A stretch of DNA of 52,919 nt, counting the filler, from Perkinsus olseni (Eukaryota): assembly GCA_013115125.1 (NCBI GenBank). It is 3 parts of 3 records of this genome, joined end to end, with 100 filler letters (N's around TTAATTAATTAA, not from the genome) between each part and the next. Parts side by side here need not be neighbours in the genome. Positions count along the whole stretch, not along the records: positions 35,391 to 52,919 come from JABANN010000642.1; 2 more parts are not named here. The stretch is one strand, 5' to 3'. Under the pieces are notes generated by a model. The model was not told the origin of the DNA. It saw only the letters and a program-made list of their open reading frames with translations, and did no database searches. The position numbers were made by a program, and so were the translations under genes. Of this stretch, positions 47,482 to 52,919 are shown piece after piece; position 1 is the stretch's first letter; every line of letters begins with the position of its first letter.

Positions 47482-50400
47482 ATGATCCGTCCTCCACTCT
47501 CGATCTTTCTTTCTGTCATAACAGCCACACTTGCTGCTGCTGCAGCTGACAACGAGTGGCAGACTGTGACAGCAAAGTTCAATCCGAAAACTAACCAAAT
47601 TGTGTACAACGATGTCAAGTTCGCTGGCCCGGAAGTCTTGGACCACACGCACTTCGCCTTCAATACGATCATGACGGTCGTCTGTGTGGTAATGATAAAA
47701 CCCTACAGATTTACTATCTTCCATGGACCGAATCTTTCATACTGGACGTATGCACGTATGGGTCTTAAAACTCTGTGAGATATCTTCTTCCGTACTCGAT
47801 ATTAGGTAAGGAGGTTATGCTTTTCTTAAGTACTTTGTCTACCATTGCGTACGAAGTGGGAGTTGCATGCCTAGTAGAATGACTAATGACGAAAGTTAAG
47901 CATTTATTGAGCTAGTATGTGCACGTCAACTCCGAGCATGCGCGCCGTCTTTTGGAGGTATCTTTTATTCATGCTGGTTTCATACATAATAACCTCGTTT
48001 CATCTATAGTCCCATTAACTCGAGCGTATAGTTTTTACTTTCGTCGTTCATGCTGTTCAGATCTGTGCTGCTCTAGCCTCCGGTTTGACGATGGGATTGG
48101 TATCTTTGGACGACTTCGACCTTCGAATACTGATGGAATCCAGTGAGGATGATGTGCCCGACCCTGCTGATAAAGCTGAGATGAGAAAGGAGAAGCAAGC
48201 TGCTATTAAGTTGTAATATCGACCGTGTCGTCGCTGGCCCTTGTTTGTATTCCCCTTCTTCGAAAACCTTCGCTGTGCGCTCTTCGTGGTATCTCTGACC
48301 GATTTCAGCTGCCAAGCTTGTGTATCTTGCGGTTTGCGTAGAGAGCGCTCCCCCGTGCGCATACAAATGCTTTTTTGTTCTATCATGTCAGGCATCCTTT
48401 GATCTCTCGTCACCATCTCCTGCTTGTGACTTTACTTTTGGTAAACTCGTTGGCAAACGAAGCTTTGCCGCTTTTCCTGGACCAAATAGTACCTCCATAC
48501 ATGGCAGTGCTGGTGTCAGTCACACTGGTAATAATAAAGGGGATATCTTGCACGCGTGCGCAAAATCTTCCGAGTGCGCTCCATTGATCTATCTGGAGTT
48601 GTACAAGAGTGCGTTACTGGTCTTCTCTTCGAAGATTTTCATGAGGGCTGGGGAATCTTTACTGTGCGGGCTGAGTATCTTACCGTTCGTATGCCCATCA
48701 GGTGTTAGTATTTGGCGAGATAATCCCATCGGCGGTATTCACAGGACCAAATCAATTATCAATAGGAGCCGCCTTCTCACCGTTAGTCAAGTAGTGCGGG
48801 ATGGGTGTCGGTGCTGGGATTCGAACTCGGGGTCTCGTTTGGACTTAAAACTGCGGTATTAGGGCGCCTCGAGGTTCCGGGGGTCGTCATTCGTACTTGT
48901 TGACACGTGGGTTCGCAAATAACACAGAAAATGTGTATCTTTCGATCGAAGTTAGACTTCCCCACGAGTTCCGATAGAAATGACCCAACCGGGGTTCGAT
49001 CCAGGTTCATGATGATAGTCGTTTACCCAGTGGCGGGTCCGGTCGCCTGGTGCCTCGATAAGACGCTGGGAGAGGAGCACAAGGGACGGTACAATAAGGC
49101 GGAGTTCAAGGCGTTGTTGAACTTACATCAATATGACGACGTACTGGGAGAGATATCGGGTTCGATCCTCGGTGAAGGCATTCTCATCGCTTTTATGGCT
49201 TCTCTGAACTGAGAATATCGCGCCAGTTTATGTGCGGACAACGAAGGGTCTAATGAGTGGTTGATAGTCGGCTATTAGATGTCTTCGAAATGAGCGTTGC
49301 GCACGTTGAAGGATTCTGAAATTGGTGATGCTTGGTCGCTCAGACTGGAGATGTTGATATAGAGACGGGTATAAGCGGTCAGTCTTCACCTTTGGATACC
49401 CACACGACGACAGGGGGAGATGGTCCAACCGGGAGAGGGGAAGTCCACCATCATGTAATGAGCGAGGTCGTGGGTTCAAATCGAGTCGGGGGAAAACGAA
49501 AGTTCACGTCATTTTCGCGTCCACGATTTTGCCTTTAACAGGGAAGTGAAACTTCAAGTTCTAGTTCGGGAGTGACAATTTCGGAGAAGCATAATCACGA
49601 TTCGATCCTCGCCACTTGAAACTTACAGTAGTCCGCAGATGTGCTCAGGTTAGAAATTCTAGATGACCTTCTGACAGCCGGGCCGAGTAGTCGACCTTTT
49701 ACTACGCCAAATGGGTTTCCATAATTCTGAGTTCAGTTCTTGTCGATCGACTTGTCGATTTTGACGGAGAACTAGCTCACTGGGAATGGAAGACTTCACG
49801 CTGGATTTACTGTTCCGTTGTGATTTTATTTGCGGATAACTCGGATGGATTCTGGTCAGGTCCAATTACACTCCCGCGGTGGCATCACGAAGGAAGAGCT
49901 CCGAATGATGCAGGGGGCGTTGGAATTACATCGTCTCAAAGTAAAGGATGTAATGACGCCGTTGGACCAGGTAATAGGACGCGACCTGGTGGGATAGTTT
50001 ACACGGATATAGACCAGTGAAGGAGATGGAGATCCTTCCAGATTGGTATCCGTAAAAATTTAGTATTGATTCATGCGAGTTGGATGAGCCTTTTCTATCC
50101 TGGATGAGAAGGGCATATCCAATTCGGACAAATTGCCCAAGGATTGTGAATCGCAACTCCGCAAGTGGGGAACAACTCAGAGTGAATTTCGTTAAAACTC
50201 GACTGACGTATGAATGATACCGTTGGCTTTCTTGTAGGGGGCTGCAATCGTTGTGGAAGAGAGGGCTCGTTGAATGATGTGCGGAAGGAGTGGTATGGTT
50301 TATAATCTTAGTCCCCCCATGTTGTGTAGTATCATGTTAGCACATCAAAGAATACGAGCGCTGATGTGTGGGTCACTTCGAACTTGTTTATAGTTCATGA

Positions 50401-52500
50401 ATTATGGAAGATGCCCTATCTGCCTAATCGGTCGGAATGGCGCGCGCTTTGTGCAACTCAGGTAGCAATGTATTCAGCGGACCAAGTTCTGGATTCCAAG
50501 ACACTCCAGGATATCATGGAGAAGGGTCATTCGAGATTGCCGATTTACCAGGGCCATCCACACAACGTAGAAAGGCCGGGGGTGGGAGTCGAACCAGGGA
50601 CCTTTGGGATGAGAGTGTTGAGCAGGTGCATGGCATGCTGCTCGTGAAGCGTTTGATTGTTTTAAATCCAGAAGATAAAGTACAGATAGGAAACACAGAT
50701 TTGTTGGAACCGATGGTAGGTGACCGGGAGAGCGCTTTCCGCTTTTCGTAATTTAGCAAAATTGTGAGTTGGGCGGAGCGAAGCGAGTCGTGCTTGTCAG
50801 ATTTGCGATATGGATACTACGCTGCTGGATATGCTCTATGAATTTTCAACTGGCAGAAGCCATTTAGCAGTAGCGACGGATGATCCTGAGAGGGTAGAAA
50901 GTTCATACCAACTTTTTCGCGAAACATGGCGCATCTTTTCAGGTTATCCAAGCCATCCACGACGACAAACAGATTCCGTGCAATATTCACATGGCGGGAA
51001 TCATCACGTTGGAAGATGTGATTGAGAGATTGATAAAACATGACATTCAAGGTAGGCGTTAAAACGTTTGGATATAATAGCGTAAAAAAATCCGGGTGAG
51101 GTCAGCCTGTTCGAAGCGGGCATGAAGATTGTATCCGGTCGATGTATGGCTAGACGTACTGCGTTTGTTATGGGAGTGTGTTACGTCTCAGCGCATCTTA
51201 AAGTCGACCCTGAAAGATACAAGTGAGGTCGATTTATTTTCAGATGAGAGTGATATATCAGTGACGTTGCAACCTGTACTGCATCTACCGACCTCGAGCG
51301 GGAGCAAGATCAAGATGTAAGATATTCTCGTTTCGGGTTGGAGAGCATTCCTACGTACGTGAAGATGAGGTCGGGATTCCGAGCTGGTCCTGGATGCCTC
51401 TTTGGAAGGCATAATTTCATTCCATTTTGCCCTGGGACGAGTAAATTCCGCACAATATCGACCCGGAATATCTTTCTGACGCTCCCACCCTTTGGAGATC
51501 CACGTGATGTCTGGCAGTCGCAGTGGCTGCAGTCATCGAGAAGCAACCGTTTCGTTTGGAAATTTCCTGTTCTTCGTAACGGATCGGCGGTAACGTCCTT
51601 TTGCCGCCCTGGTGTACTCCGTTTTCTGTTCTGTGTTTACTACATGTTAACTATGTGTTAACTTCTCTCTCCGTTCACTGACCTTCATCATTGCTACATC
51701 CTCGTCGTCATGCTCCCAGAAAATGGCCTCTCTTCTTTAGAGAGGCAATGTTCGACGTTTGTCCAGAGAATCGAGCTATGCCGTGTACGCATCTTTGTTC
51801 ACTCGGATTGGCACCCGGTCGTTATGGCTGTCGGTGGAATATTCATCGTCATTTGTGTTGTTCCTGTCAGTCCCCCTTCCCCGCGTGGTCGTAGCATCAG
51901 GGTTAACGCCCCATCGGGTGTGTTGTCGATAAAACATCAGCCGGCTAACGGAGTTGGAAGTGGGTCTCACTTCTCTTCTGAGTATCTTGAGATGCTTGTT
52001 ATTCTAGGGTCGACTTCGGCGAAGGTGTTGCACTCCTCGTCATCGCAGGCGGGCAAGGAGAGTCCCTCACTTGTGGTGAGTAGCTGGTTAAGACTCGCGA
52101 TCTTCATTTGAGAGGTCCCTGGTTCTATCCCCGCTCGATGAATTTTGCCCTCAGACGCCTCTGCTCAAGGACGCGTCTCCTATGAATCACAGTCCGATGC
52201 CGGTAATCTCCGAGTCATCGCCAATGTCGGGCCACTCGGCGTCGTCATCGAAAAGTGAGTCGATCGCTTCGATCTTGCTAATCTTGCTCACCTTACAATT
52301 CCTCTAGGCAAGAAAAACCCCTCTGTTGGCCCCTCAACGTTGCCACCGAAACCCATGGCGTCTCCCGAATTAGGGAAACAAGGAAAAAAGGACGTCAAAA
52401 ATACAGGAGGTGAGGAGGTATCTTGTTTTCCGTGAAGAGCATGGGGAACCTCGATAGTTGTTCTGGTGGAGCAACTTTCTCGGAATGGTTATGACTACTG
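47482..52500 (+). CDS. CNNM/DUF21-CBS domain membrane protein (metal transporter family), multi-exon; 3' end approximate
   Basis: Signal peptide at 47482; CAALASGLTMGLVSLD, HHLLLVTLLLVNSLANEALPLFLD, YPVAGPVAWCLDKTLG, MQGALEL..KVKDVMTPLD, GHSRLPIY, GRSHLAV, GIITLEDVIERLI. Confidence 0.88.
48802..48856 (-). pseudogene. tRNA-like 3' part, antisense near 5' end of CNNM intron 48791-49004
   Basis: Minus strand: GCAGTTTTAAGTCCAAACGAGACCCCGAGTTCGAATCCCAGCACCGACA. Confidence 0.5.
49141..49182 (+). pseudogene. tRNA-like T-arm at the start of a CNNM intron
   Basis: GTACTGGGAGAGAT ATCGGG TTCGATC CTCGGT GAAGGCA; T-stem still pairable. Confidence 0.6.
49455..49496 (+). pseudogene. tRNA-like 3' half at the start of a CNNM intron
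   Basis: GTAATGAGCGAGGTCGTGGGTTCAAATCGAGTCGGGGGAA. Confidence 0.5.
50567..50625 (-). pseudogene. 59-nt CNNM intron filled by an antisense tRNA-like 3' half
   Basis: Reverse complement: CTCTCATCCCAAAGGTCCCTGGTTCGACTCCCACCCCCGGCCTTT; exons join as GHPHN|VHGMLLVK. Confidence 0.65.
52073..52154 (+). pseudogene. 79-nt CNNM intron (52076-52154) resembling a decayed tRNA-Glu(TTC)
   Basis: GTG|GTGAGTAGCTGGTTAAGACTCGCGA TCTTCAT TTGAG AGGTC CCTGG TTCTATC CCCGC TCGATGAATTTTGCCCTCAG; exons join as SPSLV|TPLLK. Confidence 0.65.
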
Positions 52501-52851
52501 TGTGAGTCGGCTAGCCCTGCGTATACATTTTGGGAAAAACAAAGGATTTTTCGGTGTATCGAAGAACGCCATTACGAAAGCAAGAAGTTGGTCCTTCGTG
52601 AGCTTCCCGGCCACCTGCAATGCGTTTTCGGTCTCTACTGTCGACGACGAGCACTGTCACTGAGTTGATTATCGTATCCGTCGCGACAGCATCACGTTGA
52701 TGGCGACACGGGTATGAATCATGTTGTGACGGTGAATGATCATGCACGAGTTGCGGGTTTTTTGAGAACCAGCAGTGTGTGAGCAGTTTAGATCTGCTGA
52801 AACGCTCTTTCACGCCGGAAGCGTTACTCGGATCGAACACATCTCTTATGC

Positions 52852-52918
<67 letters not shown>

Positions 52919-52919
52919 G
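52852..52919. repeat. (TTG)n microsatellite at contig end
   Basis: More than 20 uninterrupted units up to the window end. Confidence 0.97.

Overview
Eukaryotic, intron-rich genomic DNA. It is most consistent with a perkinsid alveolate (Perkinsus-like); this is inferred from ~50-nt GT-AG introns, tightly packed genes, tandem AAAP transporters and lineage-type secreted proteins. The window joins three unlinked contigs (1-17624, 17725-35290, 35391-52919; decreasing lengths) with artificial N44-TTAATTAATTAA-N44 spacers. Recognisable genes: eIF5B, a GNAT acetyltransferase, glycerol-3-phosphate acyltransferase, a folate-receptor-like protein, a CDKL kinase, two amino acid transporters, a CCCH zinc finger protein, a PPR protein, a Na+/K+-ATPase alpha subunit, a DUF4286-like protein, an OSCA/TMEM63 channel, a DoxX-like protein, a histidine acid phosphatase and a CNNM/DUF21-CBS protein. 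There are three intact tRNA genes, two of them inside spliceosomal introns. The most striking signal is in contig 3. About ten degenerate tRNA-like (T-arm/B-box) elements lie in introns of three different genes, mostly abutting or overlapping splice sites, and two introns of 78-79 nt are almost entirely a decayed tRNA. Two further short motifs (CGCGCCACGAAATT and AAGATAC) recur heavily in the same contig. All gene models were spliced by eye and their ends are approximate.
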